64,000 nt of DNA from Rebecca billardiae RCC1528 (Eukaryota; Protista; Haptophyta), in the NCBI GenBank assembly GCA_965240325.2, contig OZ251231.1, forward strand, positions 2,547,988 through 2,611,987, read 5' to 3'. The position numbers and the translations under genes are program-made. Below the pieces are notes generated by a model. That model ran no database searches and was not told where the DNA came from. It saw nothing but the letters and a program-made list of their open reading frames with translations. This document shows, in pieces, positions 1 to 11,795 of this stretch (position 1 is its first letter; each line of letters begins with the position of its first letter).

Positions 1-824
1 AGCCCAAGATGAGTATTGCGTAAGGGGGATCAGACGTGTGCCGCCGGCCAACCAGCGCTCGCGGACGGCTGCGCTTCTCGGAAACTACAGATTCTGGCAA
101 AACTCGGGGGGCACGCCCCCTTCTGTCTGGCTAGTCGACCGGCCGGCACGCGGCACGCGAGCAGTGTGTGTGGGGAGGAGTGTGACATGGCAGGCTGTGG
201 CGAGGTGGATGGCCGTGCAGGTCTACGCTAGGAAGGGCCGCTCCCGCGCTCGCGCGGTGCCTCGCGCACGCCTCGTCGAGGACGAGCGTGTTTGAATGGC
301 TCCGGAGAAGGCTTACGATCGCTCGTTGATGGGCAGCGCGCGACACGTGCACACGACGAAGGTGACGACCAGGCACTCCGGCGAGGGCGGCTGTGCTGGT
401 AGCAGACTGCATTCGGAGTAAGATGCGCCATCTTACGCGCCGCTTCGCCTCGCTGCATCGCCGCACTGAGCAGCAGGGCTCCACGCTCACGAATGGCTCA
501 CCACGAGCTACGTGACCGGCCAGCCGCGTGCAACCCGGCGAGGCAGAGAGGGGCGGAGGGATGGGGAGGCTGGGTGGGATGTTGCAGTCCCATGCCCGGG
601 GCACTCGCCAGGCGCCTGCGCGACCACCGTAGCGCCGTCTGTGCGCTCGTGCGGCCCGCGCGAGAAATTCCCCGAAAATCGGCTCGTGTCGGACGGCGGG
701 TGTCGTTAGAATGGGTAACGATAATCCCGTTTTTCGTGTTCACTGTGATAGTTATTGACGATATGATGTGCGCATGATGAATGCTGATGCTATATACTTC
801 CAAGGTGTCGACGATCGATCGTCA

Positions 825-3800
825 TCATGAAAAATGGCTGCCCGCGGCGGGACCTGCCGGCTGTGCATCGATGGCGTCGTCGTCATCGAGCAGGAACGAG
901 TTCGTGCGCTGTGGGCTGTGGTCCGACGCGGCGTGCGAGCCGGGCCCGGCGGCCGGGTGTCGCAGCAGCCCGCCCACGCCGCGCCCCGCCTTGCCCAGGG
1001 CGCCCTTTGCCGAGGAGACAGCCTGCGGCGCGCGCTCGCCCGCCGTGTCGACCGCCTTCTCGACAGCGTCCACCATCCGGTCGACTGACGAGTCGACGGA
1101 GCTCCACGCGTCGCCCACGCGCGAGGCGAGCTTGCCGCCCGCGTCGCCGAGCTTGCGCACGAAGCCGAGGCGCGGGGGCAGGGATTGCCGCCGCATCTCG
1201 TCCGCGGACGCGCCCGCGCCGTGGCCGTTGCCGTTGGCGGCTTGGCCGCCGCGCCCGCCGCCGCCGAGCGCAGAGGCGGTGCCGCGCGCGGGCTCGGAGA
1301 GCGCCGGCGAGGGCAGGCCGCCGGTCGCGGGCGTGGGCGGCTCGGAGGGCTCGAATCCGTTCGCGCCGTCGTGCCGCGCGTGCTGCATCGCCGCGCCGGC
1401 GGACAGCGGCCCGCCGCCTCCGCCGCCGCCGCCCACGTCGACGAGCAGCTCAGCAAAGCCGCCGCTGTCCAGCCCGGCGCCGGCGCCGCCCGCGGCCGCC
1501 TGCTGCGCGGTCGGCGGCGTCACCACCGCACTGAACGCGGCCATGAAGTCGTAGTCGCTCACGACGCCTGCGGCTGAGGTCGGCGGCGGCGGCGAGGCGA
1601 AGGTGGGCGGCGGCAGGGCTGCGACCGCCGCGCCCCCGCTCCCGAGCGTGCCCCACGCATGCGCGCCGTTCGTCTGCCCAGGCGGCGCGCCGCACTGGCC
1701 GCGGCCGTGGCCGTGCGCGCCCGACTCGGGCGCCGCCCCAAACCCGGCCAAGGGCGCGTCACCACGCGCGCCACCGAGCGCGCCACCGAGCGCGCCACCG
1801 AGCGCGCCACCGAGCGCGTGGGCCGAGCCGCTCGGGCTGACGCCGAGAGCGCCGCTGGCGCAGGGCGAGGGCTGCGGGGAGAGCGGCGCGCTCTGCGGCG
1901 GCGGCGGCGGCGCGAGCATCGGCGGCGGCGGCGCATCAGCAAACAGCGGCGGCTGCGGCGGCGGCTGCGGCGGCGGCTGCTGCGGCTGCGGCGGCTGCGG
2001 CTGCGGCGACTGCTGCGGCGGCGGCTGCTGCGGCTGCTGCTGCTGCGGCGGCGCGCTCATCAGCGCGTCGAGCCCGCCCAGCCCCGACGAGGCGGAGGGC
2101 GAAGGCGATGCGCCGCCGCTGCCGCCGCAGCCACCGCCGCCGCCGCCGCCGCCCGCCGAGCCGCGGCGCGCGGCCGCCGCCTCGTGCTGCGCGCGCGAGG
2201 CGGCCGCGCGCGCCTCGTCTCGCTCCGCGCTGAGCGATGCGCACGCGTGCCGCAGCTGCGCGCACTGCGCGCTCGCGGCGTCGGCGCGCTTGGCGGCGGC
2301 GGCGGCGGCGTGCTGCGCCTCGGCGCGCGCGCGCGCCTCCGCCTCCGCCTGCGCCTCGCGCTGCGCGAGCTGCGCGCGCGCCGCCTCCGCCTCGGCGCGC
2401 GCCGCCTCCGCGTCCGCGGCCGCCGCCCTCACCGCCTGCGCCGCGCCCGCCATCGCGCCGTCGTCCGCGTCCGCCGCGCGGCGCGCGGCGGACGCGGCCT
2501 CGCTCGCGCGGCGCTCGGCCTCGTCGCGCGCGTCGCGCGCGGCCTGCACCTCCCTCCGCAGCTCCGCGCCGCCCTCCCGCTCCGCCGCCAGCTCCGCCGC
2601 CAGCGCCGCGAGCTTGGCCTTGGCCGCAGCCTTGAGCCGGGCGACACCGGCCGACGCCTCGGCCTTGAGGGCGGCGGCGCGCGAGGCGGCGTCGTCGGCG
2701 CGCGAGGCGGCGTCGGCGGCGCGCTCGCGCTCGGCGGCGAGCTCGGCGGCGAGCTCGGCCGCGCGCGCCTCCGCCGCCGCGAGCGCGCCCGACGCCGACG
2801 CGCCCGCGGCGGCCGCCGCCGCGTCGGCCGCGCGCGCCGCCTCCGCGCGCGCCGCGCCCAGCGCGGCGCGCGCCTCGGCCGCGGCCGCCTCCGCGCGCTG
2901 CGCGCGCTCGGCGGCGGCGGCGAGCGCCTCCTCGGCGCCGACGCGCGCGGCCTCGGCGGTGTCCGCGCGGCTCGCCTCGCTCTTGATCTCCGCGACCAGC
3001 TCGCCCATCTTGGCGCGCGCCTTGGCCTTGAGCGAGTCGGCGCGCGCCTCCGCAGCGGCGCGCGCGTCGGCGAGCTCGGCGCGCGCGGCGGCCGTTTCGG
3101 CGCGCGCGGCGGCGGCGGCGGCGGCGAGCTCGTCGGCGGAGGCGGCGCGCTCGTCGGTCGCGGCCTGGAGCGCGGCCTCGAGCTCCGCCACGCGCGCGCC
3201 GCGCGCCTCCGCGCGCCGCGCCGCCTCCGCCGCCTCGTCGCGCGCGTCGGCGAGCGCGGCCGCGGCGCCGTGCGCGCGCGCCGCGCGCGCCTCCGCCGCC
3301 GCGCCGAGCTCGGCGTCGGCGGAGGCGAGCTCGGCGCCGAGGGTGGCGACGAGCGCCTCGGCGGCGGCGGTGGTTCGCGCGCCGCGCTCGCGCTCCGCGT
3401 CGATCTTCGCCAGCACGCGCTTCTTCCACTCGCGGAAGTGCCCGACCTTGTCCTCGTGCGCGCGCACGGCCGCGCACAGCGCGCGCGCGTCGCCGTCCGC
3501 GTCGCCGAGCGCGGACGCGAGGAGGGCGGCGTGCGCGCGCGCCTCGGCGGTGGCGAGGGCGGCGGCGGCGAGGTCCTCCTCGTGCGCCTCGAGCGCCGCG
3601 CCGAACTGCGAGACCACCTGCGCCTTGCTCGCCTCCGCGCCCTCCAGCCGCCGCGCCGCCTCCGCCGCGGCCGCGGCCGCGTCCGCGGCCGCGTCGGCGC
3701 GCGCGCGCTCGAGCGCCGCCGCCGCCTCGTCGGCGCGCGCGCGCTCGGCGTCGAGCGCGGCGAGCGCGTCGTCGCGCTCGCGCTCGAGCGCCTCCACCGC

Positions 3801-4589
3801 GCTCGCGCCGCGCTCCTCCACCTCGCGCAGCCGCGCGCGCAGCTCGTCGTCGAGAGCGCCCATCTTGCGCTTGGCGCGCGAGCGCGCGTCGAGCAGCGCG
3901 TCGCGCAGCGCGACGCACGACTCGTCGGCGAGGGCGAGCTCGGCGGAGAGCGCGTTCACGGCGGCGCGCACCTGGGTGCGCGTCAGCTCCGCCTCGTACT
4001 CGTCGCGCGCCACCTCCGTCATCAGCACGAGCGCGCGCGCGCGCGCGCGCGCCTCGCCCGCGCGCGCGTCGTCGGCTCGCGCCGCCGCCTCGTCCGCGGC
4101 GGCGAGCGCGTCGTCGGCCGTGTCGGTGGCGGCGCGCGCGGTGATCGAGGCGCCCACCAGCTCGTCGTCGAGCTGCAGCACCTCGCGCCCGAGCGCCGCC
4201 TCGCGCACGCGGCCCTCCGCCTCGAGGCTCTCCCTCTCGCGCGTCGCCTCCATCAGCGCGTCCTGGCTCTCATCGAGCTGCTCTCGCGCGGCCGCCTCGC
4301 GCGCGGCGCACGCGTCGAGCTCGGCGCGAGCGGCGGCCGCGGCGTCGGCGGCGTCGGAGGCGCGACGTTCCGCCGCCTCCGCCTGCGTCTTGAGCTTGAG
4401 CGCGCCCCGCCCCACGATCTGCTCGAGGCCGAGCATCTTGCGCTGCGTGCGGTGCAGCATCGCGTCTCGCTCGTTCACCTGCTCGTACAGCGCGGCGACG
4501 GTGCGGCGGAGGGCCTTGGCCTCCTCGAGGGTGAGCCGCTCCTGCGCCTCGTCCTCGCCATCGCCCACGATGGCCTGCAGCCAGTCCAT
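825..4589 (-). CDS. Large Ala/Glu/Arg-rich coiled-coil protein (~1250 aa) with a Pro/Gln/Gly low-complexity C-terminal region
   Basis: Single long ORF with coding-like codon bias; likely start MDWLQAIVG (ATG 4589); heptad-like helical sequence over roughly the first 800 aa; TA-rich patch just past the stop. Confidence 0.75.
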   Translation of the reverse strand: MDWLQAIVGDGEDEAQERLTLEEAKALRRTVAALYEQVNERDAMLHRTQRKMLGLEQIVGRGALKLKTQAEAAERRASDAADAAAAARAELDACAAREAAAREQLDESQDALMEATRERESLEAEGRVREAALGREVLQLDDELVGASITARAATDTADDALAAADEAAARADDARAGEARARARALVLMTEVARDEYEAELTRTQVRAAVNALSAELALADESCVALRDALLDARSRAKRKMGALDDELRARLREVEERGASAVEALERERDDALAALDAERARADEAAAALERARADAAADAAAAAAEAARRLEGAEASKAQVVSQFGAALEAHEEDLAAAALATAEARAHAALLASALGDADGDARALCAAVRAHEDKVGHFREWKKRVLAKIDAERERGARTTAAAEALVATLGAELASADAELGAAAEARAARAHGAAAALADARDEAAEAARRAEARGARVAELEAALQAATDERAASADELAAAAAAARAETAAARAELADARAAAEARADSLKAKARAKMGELVAEIKSEASRADTAEAARVGAEEALAAAAERAQRAEAAAAEARAALGAARAEAARAADAAAAAAGASASGALAAAEARAAELAAELAAERERAADAASRADDAASRAAALKAEASAGVARLKAAAKAKLAALAAELAAEREGGAELRREVQAARDARDEAERRASEAASAARRAADADDGAMAGAAQAVRAAAADAEAARAEAEAARAQLAQREAQAEAEARARAEAQHAAAAAAKRADAASAQCAQLRHACASLSAERDEARAAASRAQHEAAAARRGSAGGGGGGGGCGGSGGASPSPSASSGLGGLDALMSAPPQQQQPQQPPPQQSPQPQPPQPQQPPPQPPPQPPLFADAPPPPMLAPPPPPQSAPLSPQPSPCASGALGVSPSGSAHALGGALGGALGGALGGARGDAPLAGFGAAPESGAHGHGRGQCGAPPGQTNGAHAWGTLGSGGAAVAALPPPTFASPPPPTSAAGVVSDYDFMAAFSAVVTPPTAQQAAAGGAGAGLDSGGFAELLVDVGGGGGGGGPLSAGAAMQHARHDGANGFEPSEPPTPATGGLPSPALSEPARGTASALGGGGRGGQAANGNGHGAGASADEMRRQSLPPRLGFVRKLGDAGGKLASRVGDAWSSVDSSVDRMVDAVEKAVDTAGERAPQAVSSAKGALGKAGRGVGGLLRHPAAGPGSHAASDHSPQRTNSFLLDDDDAIDAQPAGPAAGSHFS

Positions 4590-5046
4590 CCAGCCGGCGG
4601 CCGCGCGAGGCGGCGCCGCCCTCGCAAAAGCGCGGCTCCGGCGTTGGGGCTCGGCGGTGGCGCGCACCCCTTGCTCGCGGCCGCCCGTCACGCGGTGAGG
4701 GCTCGGGCGGCCGCCCGCGGATCACGCCCATTTTGACGGCGAAGCAGGGCCGCGCGCATTTTTTATTCTTCGTCTGCTTTTCTAATTCGGACCCCCGATT
4801 GCCCGAGAGGAGAGGAGTCGCCAGTCGGGGCGGAGCCCGAGGTGTTTCGGTGCTGTCAATGTCACGGCGGTGACGGCGCTCGGCTCCGCGAGGACGATCA
4901 CGACTGCGTCCACGTGCCGCGTGCATGACAGCAACACGCAGGCTCCGATGGGCGGCTGGCCCTCCCACTGCCGCTCGCCGCCCCGCGCAGCTGGTGAGCC
5001 GTGCCACACGCGGCACGCGCCCTGCTCTGCCGCGTCGGAGCCAGGC

Positions 5047-6289
5047 TCAGTCGCGCCACTTGGTGCAGAGGGCGCCGATCGCAGTCAGGGCGACCGCACG
5101 CGCCCAGAGCGGCACGCCTGCGCCCGCGGCGATCCCGAGCAGATGGCGCAGCCCCATCGCGCCGTAGTAGAAGGCGAGCAGCGTGCCGAGCAGCCCCAGG
5201 TAGCACGCGTACTGCGTCGGCACTGGCAACGTCCTGCCGCGGGGGGCGCGGCACGCGGGCGGGTCGGCGCGCGCGCGCGTGCCCGCAGCTGAGTGCGCCT
5301 CGCTCGCGCGCTCCGCGCGGCTCAGCGCGGCGCAGCGCCGTGGCGCACCAGTCGAGGAAGAAGTATGGCTGCCACGCGCGCGCGCGCGCCGCGGGCGGGA
5401 GGGCGGGCGAGGGCGGGTGAGCCGGCGCCCCGCGTGGCGCGGCGCGCGCGCTCGGTGCGTGTGCGTGCGCGCACGGCCGCACGGCCGCACGGCCGCACGG
5501 CCGCACACGCACAAAGTTGCCGCCATTGCCCTTCCACTTGCCCACGCTGCCCGGCGCCGGCTGCTTGGCGAGCCGAGCGAGCTCGGGCGCGTGCGCCCAG
5601 GAGAAGCCGATGAAGGCGACCCCCCAGAGCATGCCGATCGCGGCGTGCTCGTACGAGAGCGGCAGCGCGCCGACGAGCAGCTCGGCCAGAATCTCGAAGA
5701 GGTTCATGTTGTGCATCGTCAGGTTCCACGGCTCGTGCAGGTCGTGCGGCGCGCGCTTGCGCACGAGCTCGGGCCAGATCACGTACGCGGTGACGACGCT
5801 GACGACGCAGCCGCAGCCCGCGGTCATCTCGAAGAGGTAGTGCGCCAGCCGCACCACCCCCGCGCCCGCCAGCCCGGGCCTGCCGAACGCCAGCGCCGCC
5901 GAGCAGAGCGCGCCGAGCGCGAAGAAGAGCCCCTGCGCCGAGTACGTCCAGATCGTGAAGAACGTGTACATGCGCTTTGCGCCGTGGAGGGAGAGCGTCT
6001 CGTCCTGCAGCAGCGAGCCCATGCCGCGGTTGTACTTGACGTTGAACTCGAAGGTGGGCAGGTTGTACATGTACGCCAGCATGCCCAGGTGGATGAGCGC
6101 AAAGCACGCGCGCAGGCCGAGCATCGTCACCGCCGACACCTCCGGCACGCTCGAGCCGCCGGCCTGCTCGAGCGTGAGCGGGATGGAGCGGTCGATCGCG
6201 AGGCACCACAGCGCGACGAGCACGAACACCACCGCGAGCGCCACGCACGCGAGCGGCGGCGCCGTCTGCGCCTGCGAGCGCGTCGCCAT
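5047..6289 (-). CDS. Multi-pass membrane protein, rolling stone (Rost)/FAR-17a-AIG1-like; exons 6289-5513, 5368-5349, 5233-5047
   Basis: Several hydrophobic helices; FFTIWT, LTMHNMN and PYFFLDW motifs; GT-AG introns keep the frame (GGNF|PYFFLDW|TLPVP). Confidence 0.7.
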
Positions 6290-6643
6290 CGGGCCAGCGA
6301 AGTTTCCGGAAAAGTCGCCCGCCGACCAGCGCGACCTGCTGCTCGTGGCGACGGCGGACGCGGCGCTCTCCGCGCTGCGCTCGGCCGAGCTCGGCGAGTC
6401 GCTCGCGCTCGGCCGGGCGGGCGGCGCGCACGACTGGAGAAATCGGCACCACACGTCTGGGCCCAGCGGCAGTGGCAGCTACCGGACCGGCCCTCCCAGC
6501 CGGAATATGCCTTGTCACTGGCCACCCGAGCGACCACAGCCACTGGCTTGCTCACTGGTCGCTCGGCTTACTGGTCGCCCGCGCTCGCCGGCGGGCGCGC
6601 GTCGTTCGAGTGGCGCTTCCCCTCCGAGCGTCGAGGCGAGGCG

Positions 6644-9566
6644 ATGGCGACGCGCGCGTCGGCTCGGGTGGAGGCGCGCGCCGCGCAGGCGGCGGACGAG
6701 TCCGACACCGCGAGCTCGGCCTCCTCGGCCGACGAGCACGAGGGCGCGGGCGCGCGCGGACGCGCGCGCGGGCCGCCGCGCTCGAGCGCGCGGCGGCGCA
6801 GCGGCGCGCGAGAGGCGGGCTCGGCGGGCGGCGCGGCGGCGGAGGAGAGCCCGGCGCGCGCGCAGCCGCCCGCCAAGCGCGCGCGCGGCGCCGATCCCGC
6901 GCCCGCGCCGCCTGAGCCGGCCGAGCCCGGCGCGGAGCGCTGGGGCATTCGGCCGGGCGTGGCGGTCGAGGTGCGCATGAGCGACGAGGGGTGGGAGGGC
7001 AGCTGGTACGCGGCGACGGTGCTCGGCTCGCGCGGCGCGCGCGTGCGCATCAAGTGGGATGCCGCCAGCCACCCCGACGACGAGGAGGAGGCGATGGTCG
7101 ACGCGCCCGCGCTGCGGCCCGTGCAGCCGAGCGCGCCCGCAGACTTTGCGCGAGCGCTCGCGCCCGGCGCGCGCGTCGAGCTGCGGCACGACGAGGGCTG
7201 GTGGGAGGTGGACGTGCTGAGCGCGGGGCGGCGCAGCTACACCGTCAGCTCCGAGCTGTACGGCGTGACGCACGAGCACGTCGACCCGCGCCGGCTGCGC
7301 CCGCGCTGGGTGTGGGAGCCGCAAGGCGGGCACGCGCGCGAGGGCTGCTGGCGCGACGCGTCCGAGCCGGCCAACAAGTACAAGCGCGACGGCACCGAGC
7401 TCGGCCCGCCGCCGCCGCCGCCGGGCGCGGCGGGCGCGGCGGGCGCGCAGCAGGGGCTGCCGCACGCCGCGTCCGCGGGCGCCGCCACGCGCCGCGCGAG
7501 CGCGCCGCCCGCGCCCTCGGCGGCGGGCGGCGCGCAGCTCGGCGCCGCGCGCGCCGCGCTCGAGAGTGCGCACGCGGCGCTGGCTGCATACCGCCCGCCG
7601 TCGGCGCGCGCGAACGCGTTCCAGGAGGGCACGCTGCGCACGGGCGAGGACGGCGCGAGCTGGGAGGTCGCCATCGCGGACAACGGCTCGAGCGTCTGGG
7701 CCCTCGAGGGCGACGTGCCGCGCTTCCTCGCGCTGCACAACGCGCTGCACGCCAAGAGCGCGGCGGTGCGCAGGCTCGAGCGCGCGCTGCCGAGCGCTGG
7801 CGCGGGCGGCGGCGGCGGGGGCGGCGGGGGGCGCGGGGAGCGGAGCGCGGCGGCGGCGGAGGCGGAGGCCGCCGCCGAGGCCGCCGACGCCGAGCAGCGC
7901 TACGCCGACGCCCTCGCCGCGTGGCGCTCCGAGCTGGAGGGCCGCGTGGAGAGCGAGCTGCGCGCGCTGTGCGAGCAGGCGCGCGCGCGCTCGGGCGCGG
8001 AGCGCCGCCGTCTCAACGACGAGCTCGAGACGTCGGCGGCGTGGGAGTTCGAGTACGTCGGCGTGCGCCGCGCGCCGACGGACCTCGACGCGCCGACCTC
8101 GCGCGCCGAGCAGTACGAGGCCGTGCTCGACGACGGCACCTCCGCCGGGCTCGCGCCGACCGCGCGCGACGCCGCGCTCCGCCGCCACTTCCACGCGGCC
8201 GCGCACGCCGCCGCGCGCGCCGCGCTGCCGCAGCCCGACCGCGAGGGCGTGGAGGCGCGGCACGCGGAGCGGGAGGGGCCGGCCCGCCGCGCGGCGCGCA
8301 AGTACGCGTACGACGACGACGACGACGACGACGACGACTACTCGGAGAACATGTGGACCAAGCGGAAGGGCGGCGGCGGCTCGGGCGTGCGCACGCGCCG
8401 GTGCAACGCTTGCGCGGGCTGCACGCGCGACAACTGCGGCAAGTGCGCGCACTGCCTCAACATGGTGCAGTACGGCGGCAGCGGCCGGTCGAAGCAGGCG
8501 TGCAAGCTGCGCAAGTGCCAGAACCCCTTCCTCCCCGACGACGCCGACGCCGCCGCCGCCGCCGCCAAGGCTCGGCGCGCGGGCGCGGGCGAGGAGGAGG
8601 AGGCACCAGACCGCTGGGGGCTCGGCCTCTCAGCGTATGGCCTCCCGGACTGCGAGATCCCGCAGCGTCCGGTGCGCGTGCGGCTGCTGGTGCGCGACCC
8701 GGAGGGCGGCGTGCTCGTCGAGGCGCCCGCGCCCGAGGGCTGGAGGCCCGGCGGCGGCGGCCGGCTCGACGCGCCCGCCGCCGAGGGCGGCGCGTCGGGC
8801 GCGCCGCGCGCGGCCGCGCCGCTCGGCGACGCGGACGCCGAGGCGGCCGCGCCGATGGAGCTGGCCGACGAGCCGCCCGCCGAGGCGGCGGCGGTGCTGA
8901 AGGCGGAGCCGCCCGCCGACGCGCCCTCGCCGATGGAGACGGAGCCGCCCGCCGACGCGCCCTCGCCGATGGAGTCGGAGCCGCCCGCCGGCGCGCCGCC
9001 AGCGCGCGCGGCCGAGCCGGCGGCCGCGCCAGAGGGCGGCGCGCGGACCGCGGCGCACGAGGCCGCGCCCCCGCCCGCCGCCGCCGCGGCGGCGCCCGCG
9101 CAGCCGCCCGCCGCCGCGGCGCGCGCGCCGGCGGACGCGGACGCGCCCGCGCGCCGCGCCGCGGCCGAGCCGAGCGCTGCGGAGGGCGCGCCCTCGCTGG
9201 AGGCCACAGCCGGGGCCGCGGCGGCCGGGGCCGCAGCGGGTGCAGAGCTGGCGGAGGTGACACCGGAGGTGACGCCGCCGCTCGCGCAGCGCCCCGCCGC
9301 GCCGATGCGCACGCCGAGCGCGCCCACCGCCGCCTCCGCCGCCGAGCCGCCCGCCGCCGAGCCGCCCGCCGCGGCGACGGCTCTTGCGCCCGGCGCCGCC
9401 GCGCCGCCGGCGTCGGCGCGCGCCGCGCCGCCCGCCGCGGCCGACAAGGGCGAGGGCGAGGGCGAGGGCGCTCCGCTCGCGGCGCTCGCGCCCACGCCCG
9501 CGCCGCGCCGCTCCGCGCGCGCCGCCGCCGCCAGTGCCGCCGCCGCCTCGCCGCCCGCCGCGGACG

Positions 9567-9616
<50 letters not shown>

Positions 9617-10499
9617 GCGCCCGCGCCGCCGCTCCCCGCGTGGGCGCCGCGCACGCTGGACGGAGTGGAGGTGCGCATGAGCGGCGAGGGCCAGCACGGC
9701 TCGTGGTACGCGGCCACGGTGCTGCACGTGCGCGGCGGCCGCGCGCGCGTGCGCTACGCCGAGCTGCGCGAGGAGTACGACGCGAAGCGGCTGCAGGAGG
9801 CGTGGGTGGACGTGGCCGAGCTAAGGCCCACGCCGCCGAGCGCGCCGCCCGGCTGGGTGCGCGAGCTCCGCGTCGGCGCGCCGCTCGAGCTGCGCGTGCT
9901 CGACGGCTGGTGGGAGGTCGACCTGGTGCGCACCGCGCGCACGCGCGCGGGCCGCGGCCCGAGCTACACGCTCGTCGCGCCGCTGTACGGCATCGTGCAC
10001 GCGGACGTGCCGGCGGCGCGGCTGCGGCCCGCGTGGCTCTTTGAGCCTGCGCGCCCGCCGTGGGGCGCGCTCTGGACGCTCGCCTCCTCCGGCCAGCGGT
10101 ACACGTGGCGCGGGGACGAGCTGCCGCGCGCGGAGCCGCTGAGCGGGCCCGCGGCGCGCGGCCGCGCGCCGAGCGCCGGCCCGAGCGGCTCGCGCCCCGC
10201 CGACGCCTCGGGCTCGGAGGGCGGCGGCAGCGGCAGCTCGTCGGAGGACGAGGGCATGGCCGTGCTGCGAGCGCTCGCGGGCGCGCGCGCGCGCGGCGGC
10301 GCGCACGACGCCGGCGCCGAGGCGGACGGCGAGGAGGAGGCGGGGGACGCGGAGGCGGACGCGTGCGCCGTGTGCGCCGCGCGCCGGGCCAAGAAGCGCG
10401 GCCGGTGCGCGCGCCACCGCGCCGCGACGACCATCACGCTCGGCGGCGCGCGCCGCGGCGAGGGCGGCGCGTCAGAGGCGGGGCGCTCCGCCGGCCGCT

Positions 10500-10548
<49 letters not shown>

Positions 10549-11764
10549 GGCGGAGCGCGTCGCGGCGGAGCGCGCGGCGCGTCGGCGCGCGCGGCTGCTG
10601 CAGCTGCCGCCCACCTGCGTGCTCGACCGCGTCGTCACCCCGCGCGACTTCCTGTACGACCAGGTGGTCGAGTCGGCGCGCTCCTCCACGGGCTACCGCG
10701 GCGTGTACGGCCACCTGTCCGAGGACGGCCGCTCCGTCAAGTACTACGAGGCGCAGGTGAGCGTGCGCGGCGCGTCGCTCGCGGTCGGGCGCGCGCAGAG
10801 CGCGCACGAGGCCGCGCTGCTGCGCGCCGAGTGGATCGCCGGGCTCGAGACCGTCGGCGGGCTGCCGCGCGTCGGCGGCAAGGCGGAGCGCGACGCCCTC
10901 ACCGAGCAGCCCGCGCGCGCGTCCAAGCGCGAGCGCAAGGCCACGCGCGCGCCCGCCTCGCCCTCCTCCTCCGAGGCGTCGTCGTCCGAGTCGGAGGTGG
11001 AGCTGCAGATCGGCGACCTCGTCGAGGTGCGCGTGCAGGACGAGGGCTTCGAGGGCAGCTGGTACGGCGCCACCATCGCGCGGCTCGACGGGCTGCGCGC
11101 GCTCGTGCGGTACACACACCTGATGGAGGCGGACGGATCGGAGGTGCCGCTCGAGGAGTGGATCGTGCTGCCGCACCTGAGGCCGCCGCCGCCGAAGCGC
11201 CACCCGCCGGGCTTCCCCGAGAGCGTCGCGCCGCGCGAGGCGCTCGAGCTCTGGCACGACGACGGCTGGTGGGCGGTGCAGAAGGTCGAGGAGCCCGCGG
11301 ACGAGCTGGCGGCGGGCGCGGCGCGCGCCGCGGCCGCGGCCGCGCCCGCCGCCGACGCGGCGGCGCCCGCCGACGCCGACGTGCCCCGCTACCTGGTGCG
11401 CGCGCTCAACTTCAAGGCAGAGCACCGCGCGCGCGCGGACGAGCTGCGCCCGATGTGGCAGTGGCTCGGCGGGCACGAGTGGAAGGTGCTGCGCCACCAG
11501 CCCAGGCGCAAGTCGATGCTGCTCGGCGGCACCGCGCTCGCGCGCGCCGCCGAGAGCGTGTACGGAGCGGCGGGCGCGCGCGACTCGATCGGCGCGGGCG
11601 GCAAGGTCGCGCTGGCCGCGGTCGAGGCGCTCGGCACGCCCGCCGCGTGGGAGGTCGGCGCGTTCGCCGAGGTGGCCTTCGAGGTGGTCACGTTCCTCTG
11701 CCGCCGCCGCGAGCTGTGCGCCGCGCTGCGCGCGCGCCGCGCGCACCGCCTCGCCAACGCCGCC

Positions 11765-11795
<31 letters not shown>

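Noticed and set aside
1603-4736. Several >1000-aa Ala/Ser/Arg-rich overlapping ORFs here and elsewhere
   Set aside because: Stop-poor alternative frames are expected at this GC content; no domain motifs
5279-6643. First 455 codons of the 3303-aa ORF
   Set aside because: Antisense shadow of the minus-strand membrane protein gene; the plausible start is ATG 6644, and the ORF's 3' end reads through introns
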